From: an uncultured Acidobacteriota bacterium
GTDB taxonomy: Bacteria > Acidobacteriota > Thermoanaerobaculia > Gp7-AA8 > JAHWKK01
Length of the DNA: 64,000 nucleotides
NCBI GenBank assembly: GCA_963829355.1
Contig: CAWHHZ010000020.1
Span: 4,278-68,277, forward strand
Reading direction: 5' to 3'
Positions 11,055-20,919 of this stretch are shown piece by piece (the first letter of the stretch is position 1; each line of letters opens with the position of its first letter). The notes beneath the pieces are model-generated. The model was given only the letters and a program-made list of their open reading frames with translations. It was not told where the DNA came from and made no database searches. A program made the position numbers and the translations under genes.

Positions 11055-11615
11055 CTACGAAGCGTCATACGCCTGCCTGAGCCAGGCGACGAGCTCCTTG
11101 TCCACCTCGGACTTCGACTCGAGTCTCACACGGTGACTGACCATCGCGTTGAAGCTTCCGGAGGCTTCGAGGCGGTCAGTCGGCTCTGCGCCCTTTAGGT
11201 TGATCCCGACGTCGACACGCGTTGCAGTCGATGGCTGAATCAGTCCGAACTGCTTGCTGCGGCGGAGACTGACATAGCCTTTCTTCGGCGCGATCTCGAC
11301 ATCCGATCCGAACGTCTTCACCTTCGCGATCAGAGCCTCGTAGATCGGGCGCAATTCGCTCTTCTTTCCGGAGTACTGCGCGTCGACCAGATCAGCGGAC
11401 TCCGAGAAGGACGCATCGCTCTCGAGCGCTCGATGCGCCACCAGATTGGCGTATCCGTGCGTCAGGCCGTGATCGCTCTTGAGCATCTTGACGATCTCGC
11501 CATGCTTCTTCCCGCCGCTCTTCCTGACGAGTGAGACCCATTGTGCAATCGTTTTTCCGGTCTTCTCTTCGAGGTTGCGGATCATCGTGTCCGCTGCGTC
11601 ATCCATATTTGCCAT
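11055..11615 (-). CDS. DUF4287/DUF5655 domain protein
   Basis: N-terminus IRNLEEKTGKTIAQWVSLVRKSG...HGLTHGYANLVA is typical of DUF4287. Confidence 0.65.
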   Translation of the reverse strand: MANMDDAADTMIRNLEEKTGKTIAQWVSLVRKSGGKKHGEIVKMLKSDHGLTHGYANLVAHRALESDASFSESADLVDAQYSGKKSELRPIYEALIAKVKTFGSDVEIAPKKGYVSLRRSKQFGLIQPSTATRVDVGINLKGAEPTDRLEASGSFNAMVSHRVRLESKSEVDKELVAWLRQAYDAS

Positions 11616-11671
11616 TGTTCAATCACCTTTATGTCGTGAAGGTTTGGGCGTAGGAGTCAGATCGTCTCGCC

Positions 11672-12040
11672 TCACGCCCGCTGGGGCGCCAGGGACTCTG
11701 CTCTCCCGTACCGCTGGGTGACCCACCCGACGATTGCGCCGAGAGCGCCACCGGGCAGCATGATTGCGAAATAGTAGTGCTCACCCGTCTCTGAAGGCAT
11801 CGCCGCGACGAGGAAGGCCAGGAGCAGCCCAACCGCGAGTCCGAATACTATGCCTGCAGCGGTCGAGTGAACCTTCCTGGCGAACCAGCCGGCGAGCGCA
11901 CCCGCGATCATTCCTTTCATCGTCGAGCCGATGACGATGCCGATCATGTAGGGGCGAACCTCCGGAGTGAACCATGCGGTGAGTCCGTCGAAAATACCGA
12001 GAAAGCCTCCGAGCAGCAGTCCGAGTACGATCTTGTTCAT
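11672..12040 (-). CDS. Small membrane protein, unknown function
   Basis: Four predicted TM helices. GGAG lies upstream of the ATG. Confidence 0.5.
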   Translation of the reverse strand: MNKIVLGLLLGGFLGIFDGLTAWFTPEVRPYMIGIVIGSTMKGMIAGALAGWFARKVHSTAAGIVFGLAVGLLLAFLVAAMPSETGEHYYFAIMLPGGALGAIVGWVTQRYGRAESLAPQRA

Positions 12041-12131
12041 GATGAATCTCCTCTCTTTCTGAATGTCGCTTCTGCTCTTCTATTCGCGTTTCACGTTGGA
12101 TCCTTTAACTCGTTTGAAAAAAATTTTCTCC

Positions 12132-13107
12132 TCACGTCCGAAACACCAGAAACAGGATCAGCCGCATCAGAAGGTATGCGGTGACGACCGTGATGGCGGC
12201 CTGATTGCGAGATCCCCATGTCATCAGCCGCTCGATGGGTGTGGGTCGATGGACGCTCACCTGATCTCCGTCGAGCAGACGCTTCACGTCAGCCGCGAGA
12301 AGCGCGACCGAACCGTAGCGATCTGCCGGATCATCAGCCATGGCTTTTGCGAGGAGGGGCGGCCAGAGGCTTTCGGGTACGTTTCCAGTCCGACGGGTTG
12401 GCTGTCTCCACCCCCTCCACCAGGAAGCGGAGTACGGCTCCCAGGCTCCACACATCGGTCCGTTCGTCGATCTCGTCATTTCGGCCGGCCGCCTGCTCGG
12501 GAGCCATGAATCCCGGCGTTCCGATCACGACACCATCCGCGGTTACTCGTGAGCTCGCGGGGGCGTCGGAATCAGATGATTCCGGGTCCGCTTCGGTCAA
12601 TGCTCGTGCAATCCCCCAGTCCATGACGAGCACTTCACCGAATGGCCCGACCATGATGTTTGCTGGTTTGAGATCGCGATGGATGATCTGCTTCGAGTGT
12701 GCGAGCTCGATCGGCTCGCAGATGCGAAGAAAGAGGCGGAGGCGCTCCGCCAGACTCCCTTCCGGTCGTCGTTGTGCGATCGTGAATCCCTGCACCAGCT
12801 TCATCGCGTAGAATCGACGACCGTCCGGAAGCGTGCCTGCGTCGTGAATCGGAACAATTCCGGGATGCTCGAGCAGCGCGAGTGTTTGCGCTTCCCGTCG
12901 AAGGCGCTCCGCCGCCCGCCCAACTCCTGTGACGTTGCTCAGCACCTTCACGGCGACGTCGCGCTCGAGCAGAAGATCGTGGACCTGATAGACGACACCC
13001 ATTCCGCCGCGGCCGAGCTCCTGGACGAGTTGATACCGCTCCCCGCCGAGATCCGGGACCGCAGCGATTGCTCTCAGGTGCTCGACAGACGATTCCGGGA
13101 TGTTCAT
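12132..13107 (-). pseudogene. Ser/Thr protein kinase with a C-terminal TM anchor, split by a frameshift
   Basis: The kinase domain (GRGGMGVVY, HRDLKPANIM, DVWSLG) is in frame 12334..13107. The expected continuation (NVPESLWPPLLAKAMADDPADRYGSVA... then a TM helix) is in frame 12132..12479. Confidence 0.7.
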
Positions 13108-13847
13108 GGGTCGACTCCGAGCAAGTCGCGAGCTTCGCTGCGGAACTCGGCGTCGCTCGCGGTCAGCGACTCCAGCGTCTCGAGCACAATCGAGCGAAAG
13201 CGCCGTCGCGTGGCCGCGAGCCAGTTCGTCACCGATGTCTCCGGGATCGCCAGCTCCTCAGCCAGGTCACGATAGCTCCGGTCGGTTCCCTCCAGATCGT
13301 AGATCCGGAACAGTGTGAGGTGCTGATGCTTTCCTGCCGCTCCGAGCTCTGCCTCGAGGGCGCGAACCGATCGCTCCAGAACGCTGCGTACCCACTCCCG
13401 TCTCAGCAGCTCATCGGGCGCGCTGTCCGCACCGGACTGCTGCTCGGAGAGCTCGACTTCGGCGGCTTCGAAATCGAGCTCTTCCAGACCTCCACCGCGT
13501 TTGATGCGACCGGAGCTTCGGAGATCGTCCGTGACGTGCCGGTCGATCAGCGTCCGCAGCCATGTGCGGAACGTTCCGCGTCCCGGATCGAAGCCGCTCA
13601 GAGCTTCCTGCTCGATAACCGTCGTGAGGAACGCCTGGGTCAGGTCCTTCGCTTCTTCGTTGCTCTTGTGCCAGCGGAGCCGGACGTACTTGTAGAGCGG
13701 CTTCCAGTAGATAGCGATCACCTCTTCCAGCGCCTGCGAGCGCACGGCGCCCTCGCTGCTCTGCACGCGATCGATCAGCGTGTGCCGCGTCGAGGGAAAC
13801 TTACCCCTGCGACCGCCGATCGCCGTATCCGGATCAAATGGACTCAT
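13104..13847 (-). CDS. ECF-type sigma-70 factor
   Basis: Region 2 (DLTQAFLTTVIE...FRTWLRTLIDRHVTD) and region 4 (RSYRDLAEELAIPETSVTNWL). Its stop overlaps the kinase start by 4 nt. Confidence 0.75.
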   Translation of the reverse strand: MSPFDPDTAIGGRRGKFPSTRHTLIDRVQSSEGAVRSQALEEVIAIYWKPLYKYVRLRWHKSNEEAKDLTQAFLTTVIEQEALSGFDPGRGTFRTWLRTLIDRHVTDDLRSSGRIKRGGGLEELDFEAAEVELSEQQSGADSAPDELLRREWVRSVLERSVRALEAELGAAGKHQHLTLFRIYDLEGTDRSYRDLAEELAIPETSVTNWLAATRRRFRSIVLETLESLTASDAEFRSEARDLLGVDP

Positions 13848-13870
13848 GGAACTGGAGGAATTGTACAGTG

Positions 13871-13920
13871 GGGGTCGGGTCTCCAGGCCCGACTCGCGGA
13901 GGGCTCCAGCCCTCCGCAAA
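13871..13920 (+). repeat. REP-like double hairpin, copy 1
   Basis: GTCGGGtctccaggCCCGAC followed by GGAGGGCtccaGCCCTCC. Confidence 0.7.
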
Positions 13921-14013
13921 GCAAAAACACCATGACCCCAAAGATCCGACCCGTAACGCCAGCCGTGATTCTGCTCGACCGCTTCTGGTCTCACATGTCG
14001 CGATTCTTGTTGG

Positions 14014-14065
14014 GGGGTCGGGTCTCCAGGCCCGACTCGCGGAGGGCTCCAGCCCTTCGCAAAGG
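14014..14065 (+). repeat. REP-like double hairpin, copy 2
   Basis: Near-identical to 13871-13920 and about 95 nt downstream of it. Confidence 0.7.
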
Positions 14066-14096
14066 AGAGCTCGGCGTGCTCGCTCAGTCGTTCCAG

Positions 14097-14261
14097 CTAG
14101 CGGCGCTGAGCCCCGGCACTCCGCTCGAATTTTGCTTCTCTCGACCGAGCAACCTGGCGCAGCGCAGCCTCCACGGTGGCTCTCGCCGTCGACTCGCCGA
14201 GCACTTCTCTCGCCCGATCCAGGAGCTCCTGATCAATTTCGATTGTCGTGCGCTTGATCAT
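14097..14261 (-). CDS. VapB-like antitoxin (54 aa), apparently an orphan
   Basis: My own translation gives MIKRTTIEIDQELLDRAREVLGESTARATVEAALRQVARS..., the MxRTTIxIDxELL pattern of VapB/DUF2191-type antitoxins. No toxin ORF follows; REP copies do. Confidence 0.5.
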   Translation of the reverse strand: MIKRTTIEIDQELLDRAREVLGESTARATVEAALRQVARSREAKFERSAGAQRR

Positions 14262-14548
14262 GCATACATATTTACCCGGCTATCCATATGCCTCATTCCG
14301 GAGCTCGAGTGACGAGTGAGTCGGCTCTGGGGGCGTCCCGACAGACCGTAGAGAGTGTTTGGAAGGTGATCGAAATTCGTCGGGCGCGAGTAGGCACGCT
14401 CCGACAAGGAAACCACCGCCGAGCGCAGACCTGACCCCAGCCTCTGCGACAAAAGACGTGACCCCCCAAGACACAACACTCCATTAAACCACCGATCGAA
14501 CAGCCCGAAGAGATGTGACTCAAGGCTCATCGTTGAAAAGTAATCTCA

Positions 14549-17500
14549 TCATGGCGTCGGAGTTGCGATCGGAGTCACACACGTACTGTTCGCCACGGTA
14601 GTGATTGTTCCGGCCGCAAAGACACTCGCCGCAGCCGGATTGTTGGTCAACAGCACCGTGGATGCCGGGTCGCCGAGATTAGCGCTGCCTCGCTCCAACT
14701 GCGCCGTACCACCAGTCCGGATCATCCCGAGGGCATCGGCATTAACCCCGCCGCCAAACGCATCCGCTCCACCAAGCGCAATCGTATTCGAGGCCGCCGC
14801 AACGCAGAGAGAGCCCGAAGTCGTCTGAAACAGAACGTTCTCGAAAGCAGTGGTATCCCCGGGCTGCGTGGCCACATTGTTAGAATTGAACGTCACGTCC
14901 AGGTCGGCGGAATTGTTCGTATTGAAGAAGGCTCCCTGCTGGTTGTGGTTCGAGATGGTATTGCCCGTAACGAGCACCCGAGTGACCGAATTGTCATCTG
15001 CTGCCAGTGGTGCCTCGATTCCGAAGCCGAACTTCGAGCCGGTGATCGTGTTTCCGGTGATCCGGCCATCCACCTGGGTAAAGTCATTGGCGCCGATGAG
15101 AATCGCCGAGTTCGATGATGAATTCATCTGGTTGCCATTGATCGTATAGCGGAGGCGCGGTCCGTTCGCCAGACTGGTTCCTCCCGTCGCGTTGAGCTCG
15201 ATCGCGTTGTCACTACGCATGTTGGGCGCGCCATTGTCGAATCCCGTAAACGTATTGCCGTCGATCGTGATGTTCAGAATCGCGCCAGAGTTTCCGCTCG
15301 TCGTCCCCATGATGCCGTCACTCTCGAGGTTCAGGAACGTCGAGGACCCGCCGATGCTGGCCGTCGTCTGCGCCGTGCCGAGAACCTCGATCTGGAGCCC
15401 ATCCTCTCCGAACATCAGTGACCCGGTATTGGCCGTCCCCGAGAACCGGCTTCCCGTGATCGTGAGAGCGAGTGTTCCGCTCGAGTTCTGAACCCGCATG
15501 CCGAACTCCACCGCGGCATCGACCGTCGTGTTGCTGACCGTCGCTGTGCCGTCCAGGTTGTTGAAACCGACGCCTTCGAACGAGATCCCACTGTCACCGT
15601 TATCGTTTCCGGCGTTGTAGATCTCGCTGTTACTGATCGCGAAGTTCGTGACATCCGTCCCATCGATGCCGTGGTTATTCGTTCTCGCAATTCGCATGTT
15701 GGTGAATACGACGTCATCGACGCTGACAAGATCGATCCCGTCTCCACCGATGTTGTTCGTGGCGTCTTTGGGCTGGCCGAGAGTGGCTGTTCCGTCACCC
15801 AGCACCATATTGCGTAGAGTGAAGCCACCCCTCACGTTGTTCACGCTCACCGCGTCTCCCGTGGTGGACTGAATCGTTCCACCCGTTCCGTCGGTGGTTC
15901 CTGTCCCCGTCACTTCGAACGCCCCTGTCGACCCGGTGCCATTCAGAACGATTCCGTTCGCCGAGCCATTCGCCGACACGTTGCGGAATGTCACGTCGTC
16001 GCTTCCGATGGTCGTGCCGCCAGCGATGTTGACCGCGACGCCCGTGGCGAGCGAGGTGTCCACGTCGTTGCTTCCGGTGACGTGCACGGTGCCACCACCG
16101 GTTGCCTGGAAGCCCTCTTCGGTACCGGACGCGGCTGAGGTGTCGATGTCCATGCCGCCGTCGAAGCGCAGGATTGAACCTACATTGTTCTCCAGCCGAA
16201 TGCCGAAGCCGTTGTCGTCGATGAAGCCGTTGAAGTCGACCGTCCCGCCCGTGTGCGTGGTCACTTCCACCGAGCGTCCGGTCGAGGTGGTGCTGATCGA
16301 GGCGTCGACACGGACATCTCCGTTTCCTCCGGAGATATCGACACCGCGGTTGGTCTGGTTCGCCAGGCTGCCGCCGAGGGAGGTGAAGTCGCCGCTCGGT
16401 ACGTTTGTCAGGAGGATCCCGTTCGCCCCACCAGTCGAGCTCGTCGAGTCGAACGTCACGCCGCTCGCACCGATCGTCGTACTGCCGATGAAGACGACGG
16501 TGCCCGTCGTCGTGTCCGCCGTCGTCGAGACTCCGCCCGAGGTGACATTGACCGTACCGCCGTTGGTCGCGTTGAACGCTGTGCCCGTTCCAGTATCCAG
16601 GTCGAGACCACCGGTGAAGTTCATTGTGGCACCCGCACCCTGACCATTGCTGTCGAGCAGGATGCCGGAACCGTCGTCGTCGATGAAACCGCTGAACAGG
16701 ATCGTCGACGCCGCGGCTCCGCCGTGATTGCGGATGTCGACGGAGTTGCCCAACGTGTTGGTGATCGTCCCGGCGTACGTGATGTTTCCCTCGCTGCTGA
16801 GGGAGTTGAAGGCATCTCCCGTCGTTCCGCTGATCGAGCTCGTCGCATCCGCAGCCGAGAAGGCACCGGTCAAATCGTCAAGCGAGACGCCCTCGCCGCC
16901 GGTGGTCGCGATCGCGAGCTGGCCGGTGAAGGTCACGCCGACGCTCGAGTCGGTCACGCTGACGCCATCGCCAGCGGTCGATCCGATCGTCGTGGTTCCG
17001 GATACCTGGAAGCTGCCCGAGGTGTTCAGCAGATCGAGACCCGTCGTGCCGCTGTTCTGTGAGGTGACCGTCGTCAACGCGAAGCTCTGCAGGTCCAGGT
17101 CGTTCACATCGATTGCCGGCCCGTCGATCGTGTCGATCGTGCCCGCATTCGTCGTCATCTGGAACCCGGTACCCGCCGCCGCGTTGAACAATCCGTTGCC
17201 ACCCACTTCGAGCGCCGGCTCGTCGAGTCCGCCTGCCGTGCCCGCCCAGACGTCGAGCGCCCCGAGGCTCAAGTCGCCGGTCACATTGAGGAGCTTCAGC
17301 CCGGAGCCGCCGACGCGATTCGCCGCGGAACCGATCATCGTTCCCGTTCCGCACGCGACCTCGTCGCCCGTGAAGTCGGCGTCGGAGGGATCGGCGTCGA
17401 AAATCGCGCCGGAAATCACGATCCCGTCACCAACTGTGTTTCCGGAAACCGTGTTACCGCAGAAGGACGTCACGTAGAGTGTGCCGCCTGCCGCAACCAG

Positions 17501-20500
17501 GTTGACCGCGGTGACATCGGATTCGATGTCGACGTTGTCGTCGATCGCGACTTCCAGCGACCCGCCCGCGGATGTGACTGTCAGAGCGACGGCAATCGAG
17601 TCCAGGGTATTGTCGTGGATCGAGCTCGTCATCGTTCCGGCCGTTGTTGTCACCGCGACCGCATTCGCATTGCTCTCGATGTCGAAGCCCGCGAGCTCGA
17701 CGCCAGTCAAGTCCGTGATCGTGAACCCGTTCGACGCCCCGCCCTGAACAAGCGGCTTGACGTTCGCCACGCTGTCGAAGAGCGTCTCCGGTCCCGACCC
17801 GAGGTCGACGACCAGATCGACTCCCTCTCCGAGGATCGTCTGATTCGCTTTGGCCGTGTAGCCTCCCACATAAGGATCGACACTCGAGTTGCCCGCGAAG
17901 ACGTAGATCACGTCACCCGACAGCGCGGCATCCTCGGCGTCGTCTGCAAGGGCGTCATCGGGTCCGTCCTCGTCGACGAGGCTCGTGAACGGATCCGACG
18001 AGGTGCCGATTCCGGTGTCGTCAGCGCCGCCGTTGTTGGAGTTGTCGACGAACCAGACGCACGTCGACCCGACATTCAATGTCACCGTCGCCGTGTCCTG
18101 TCCGCCCTCGGCGTCCTCGATCGTGTAGGTGAAGCTGTCCGCCACGCCTCGGTCTCCACTCTCGGGCGTATAGATGAACGAGCCGTCAGCATAGAGTGTC
18201 ACCGCTCCACCCTGGTTGGTCGTCACGGTGAACTCGGGGCCGGTCGTGTCGTTCGTCAGGCCGCTCGCCCCGATGAGCGTGACCGCGGTTCCTTCCACCG
18301 GATCCGAGTCACCGACGAGCACGTTGTCCGAGATCGTCCGGGAAACCGAGCCCGAGGCTGTCGCGGTCTGGCCCGCACTCGTCTCGACGACGATCTCGAT
18401 GTTGCAGGTTGCCGAGATCGTCTCGTCGTCCGCCACCGGAGCATCGTTCACCGGATTGACCGTGATCGTCACCGTCGCCAGGTTCGAGTCGACCGAACCA
18501 TCGTTTGCACGGTAGGTGAAGCTGTCCGAGCCGTTGAAGTTCGCATTGGGCGTGTAGCTGAACGACCCGTCCGCGTTGAGCGTCAACGAGCCGTTACTCG
18601 TCGTCGTGTCCAGAACCACCGTCAGAGCCTCGACATCGATATCGGTGTCGTTTGCGAGCACACCGGGCGCGGACACGATCAGCGCGTTGTCCTCATCGGT
18701 CATGTAGGCGTCATCGATCGCTACCGGCGCGTCGTTCACGCCACTGACCGTCACCGTCACGGTCGCCGTGTCGACCCCGCCGTTCCCGTCGCCGATCGTG
18801 TAGGTGAACGTGTCGGCGACCATCTCGGTGTCGTCGAGTGCCTGGAGCGCCGCCGCGCCCGTCGGGTCGTAGCTGAATGAGCCGTCCGCGTTGACGTTGA
18901 CCGCGGCGCCCAGCGCGCTCGTCGCGTCGAACCCCGTCACCGTCAAAGGATCGCTATCGGGGTCCGTGTCGTTGGCCAGGACGCCGGTCGCCGGGATGTT
19001 GAGTGCGGTGTCCGAGTCCGTCGCGTCTGCGTCGTCAACCGCGGCCGGATCGTCATTGAGCGCGTTCACCGTGATCGTCACCGTCACCACGTTCGAGTCC
19101 AGTGTGCCGTCGTTCGCGTGATACGTGAACGAGTCCGCCCCGTTGAAGTTCAGGTCCGGCGTGTACGTGAACGAACCGTCCGCGGCCAGGACCAGCGTCC
19201 CGTCGGAGACGTCCGTGTCGAGCACTGCCGTCAGTGCGTCGCTGTCCGGGTCCGTGTCGTTGTCGAGCACGCCTGGTGCGGCCACGATCAGAGCCGTGTC
19301 CTCCGGCGTTGCGTACCCATCCAACACCGCCACCGGCGTCTCGTTGACGTCGGTCACGTCGACCGTGATCGTCGCCGTATCCGTCAGGTTCCCGTTCCCA
19401 TCATCGGTCACCTGAACCGTCAGGACGTATTGCGGGGTCGTCTCGTAATCGAGCTGCGTACCGTCGGCCACCGTGATCTGACCCGTCATCGCATCGATCG
19501 CGAACGCGCCTGAGCCGTTCCCGGCCGTGATCGCCCAGCTCAGCATGTCTCCGTCCACGTCGCTCGCCACGACTGTTCCCACGACGGTCGTGTTCGGACT
19601 GTTCTCCGGAACGCTCAGCGTCTGATCAGCCACGACCGGAGCCGTATTGTCGTTGACGACAGTGATCGTCACCGTCGCGATGTTCGAGCCGAGCTCACCG
19701 TCATCGACCGAGAAGGTGAACGAGTCGGGTCCGAAGTACCCCGGATCGGGCGTGTAGGTCAGATCCGGAGCCGTTCCGCTCAGCGCTCCGTTCGTCGGAG
19801 AGGTCTCGATCGTGTACGTCAACGGATCCCCGTCCGGGTCCGTTGCAGTCAGGGTGATCGCCACTGCTGTATCCGAAGTCGTCCCGACCGCCTGGTCGTC
19901 TGCGATCGGTGCTTCGTTCGCGAAGTTCACGATGTCGTAGCGGAGGAACATGATGTCAGACTCCACACCCGCGAACGCCGCTGCCAGATCTCCCGCTGGT
20001 GCGTCGCCTGTCGCATCCGTCCCGAGCTGTGGCTCACCGGTCCAGTCTCCCGTCATTCCGTCGAGCACGAAGCCGGCCGCGTACGCCACGGTCGCGCCGC
20101 CAAGCATCAGGACGATCACCATCAGCGTCCGCGTCTCCGGACGGTTGCGCATCACCACCAGTGCCGTGATCACCAGAAGAAGCCCGAGGAAGATCAGGCC
20201 CCACTCTCCGACTGTCGGGATATTCGCCGGAGCGACAGCCAGCACGATCAACATCGGGTTTCCGCCGCTCAGCAGCAGCGCGTCGAGATCACCACTCGCC
20301 GCCGAGCCAGTCTCGAAACCGACGTGGATCACGTTCCCGCTCGTCATTGCCGACAGCGGAAGATAGCTCTCGACGACGAACGATCCCCCGATTCCGTTGC
20401 CGATCCCCACTGGCCATGGCGGAGGATAAGGCGAGGTGATCGCGACCGGCGGACCAAACGTGTCAGTTCCCGGGTCGATACAGCTCCGTGTCTCCACTCC

Positions 20501-20725
20501 AGTGACCGTCGGCAGACCACCCGTCGCGTCCACCGTCGTCGTGTGGATCATCTCCACACCCGCGAATGCACCGTCCACGGTCATCACGCTGCAACCGGTT
20601 GCAACGTCATTATCCAGGTCGAGCAGCGCCCGGATCTCGGTCGTCGCCGCCGAGGCGGCGTTCGTAAAGACGAGGAGAACGATCAGCGTGACGGAAAGGC
20701 GCGCGAAGCGGTGGCCGTGAGGCAT
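14549..20725 (-). CDS. Giant surface protein with cadherin/VCBS-like repeats followed by parallel beta-helix repeats
   Basis: The ATG at 20725 follows AGGAGA and a signal peptide. Repeated NDAPVA..DD...TDEDTAL...LANDTDPDSD...FTYTxxDG units, then a long G/T/S/N-rich beta-helix-type region. Confidence 0.85.
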   Translation of the reverse strand: MPHGHRFARLSVTLIVLLVFTNAASAATTEIRALLDLDNDVATGCSVMTVDGAFAGVEMIHTTTVDATGGLPTVTGVETRSCIDPGTDTFGPPVAITSPYPPPWPVGIGNGIGGSFVVESYLPLSAMTSGNVIHVGFETGSAASGDLDALLLSGGNPMLIVLAVAPANIPTVGEWGLIFLGLLLVITALVVMRNRPETRTLMVIVLMLGGATVAYAAGFVLDGMTGDWTGEPQLGTDATGDAPAGDLAAAFAGVESDIMFLRYDIVNFANEAPIADDQAVGTTSDTAVAITLTATDPDGDPLTYTIETSPTNGALSGTAPDLTYTPDPGYFGPDSFTFSVDDGELGSNIATVTITVVNDNTAPVVADQTLSVPENSPNTTVVGTVVASDVDGDMLSWAITAGNGSGAFAIDAMTGQITVADGTQLDYETTPQYVLTVQVTDDGNGNLTDTATITVDVTDVNETPVAVLDGYATPEDTALIVAAPGVLDNDTDPDSDALTAVLDTDVSDGTLVLAADGSFTYTPDLNFNGADSFTYHANDGTLDSNVVTVTITVNALNDDPAAVDDADATDSDTALNIPATGVLANDTDPDSDPLTVTGFDATSALGAAVNVNADGSFSYDPTGAAALQALDDTEMVADTFTYTIGDGNGGVDTATVTVTVSGVNDAPVAIDDAYMTDEDNALIVSAPGVLANDTDIDVEALTVVLDTTTSNGSLTLNADGSFSYTPNANFNGSDSFTYRANDGSVDSNLATVTITVNPVNDAPVADDETISATCNIEIVVETSAGQTATASGSVSRTISDNVLVGDSDPVEGTAVTLIGASGLTNDTTGPEFTVTTNQGGAVTLYADGSFIYTPESGDRGVADSFTYTIEDAEGGQDTATVTLNVGSTCVWFVDNSNNGGADDTGIGTSSDPFTSLVDEDGPDDALADDAEDAALSGDVIYVFAGNSSVDPYVGGYTAKANQTILGEGVDLVVDLGSGPETLFDSVANVKPLVQGGASNGFTITDLTGVELAGFDIESNANAVAVTTTAGTMTSSIHDNTLDSIAVALTVTSAGGSLEVAIDDNVDIESDVTAVNLVAAGGTLYVTSFCGNTVSGNTVGDGIVISGAIFDADPSDADFTGDEVACGTGTMIGSAANRVGGSGLKLLNVTGDLSLGALDVWAGTAGGLDEPALEVGGNGLFNAAAGTGFQMTTNAGTIDTIDGPAIDVNDLDLQSFALTTVTSQNSGTTGLDLLNTSGSFQVSGTTTIGSTAGDGVSVTDSSVGVTFTGQLAIATTGGEGVSLDDLTGAFSAADATSSISGTTGDAFNSLSSEGNITYAGTITNTLGNSVDIRNHGGAAASTILFSGFIDDDGSGILLDSNGQGAGATMNFTGGLDLDTGTGTAFNATNGGTVNVTSGGVSTTADTTTGTVVFIGSTTIGASGVTFDSTSSTGGANGILLTNVPSGDFTSLGGSLANQTNRGVDISGGNGDVRVDASISTTSTGRSVEVTTHTGGTVDFNGFIDDNGFGIRLENNVGSILRFDGGMDIDTSAASGTEEGFQATGGGTVHVTGSNDVDTSLATGVAVNIAGGTTIGSDDVTFRNVSANGSANGIVLNGTGSTGAFEVTGTGTTDGTGGTIQSTTGDAVSVNNVRGGFTLRNMVLGDGTATLGQPKDATNNIGGDGIDLVSVDDVVFTNMRIARTNNHGIDGTDVTNFAISNSEIYNAGNDNGDSGISFEGVGFNNLDGTATVSNTTVDAAVEFGMRVQNSSGTLALTITGSRFSGTANTGSLMFGEDGLQIEVLGTAQTTASIGGSSTFLNLESDGIMGTTSGNSGAILNITIDGNTFTGFDNGAPNMRSDNAIELNATGGTSLANGPRLRYTINGNQMNSSSNSAILIGANDFTQVDGRITGNTITGSKFGFGIEAPLAADDNSVTRVLVTGNTISNHNQQGAFFNTNNSADLDVTFNSNNVATQPGDTTAFENVLFQTTSGSLCVAAASNTIALGGADAFGGGVNADALGMIRTGGTAQLERGSANLGDPASTVLLTNNPAAASVFAAGTITTVANSTCVTPIATPTP

Positions 20726-20919
20726 TAGCAGTCTCCTGGTCGATGAGTGAACCGTAGGGGGAGACACGAGTCTATAACAGGATTCGCCTGTCCATCCTTT
20801 CGACAGGTGTCCTGATAGTGGATATGAACAGGAGTGCCTGGAAAGACTAAGTGTTTGTTTGCAGGCAGTTTGTACGTTGGCTCGAATCTGGCGTTTTACT
20901 CTTCGCAGGGAGAACGATC

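Noticed and set aside
13068-14312. 414-aa + strand ORF and the 296-aa extended version of the sigma ORF
   Set aside because: The + strand ORF is antisense to the well-supported ECF sigma gene and runs across the REP hairpins. The sigma N-terminal extension (13848-13994) is REP-encoded.
14601-20728. Dozens of 60-420-aa ORFs on the + strand and in other frames within 14.5-20.8 kb
   Set aside because: They lie antisense to or out of frame with the continuous 2,050-aa repeat-protein gene. Such long shadow ORFs are expected in high-GC repetitive coding sequence.
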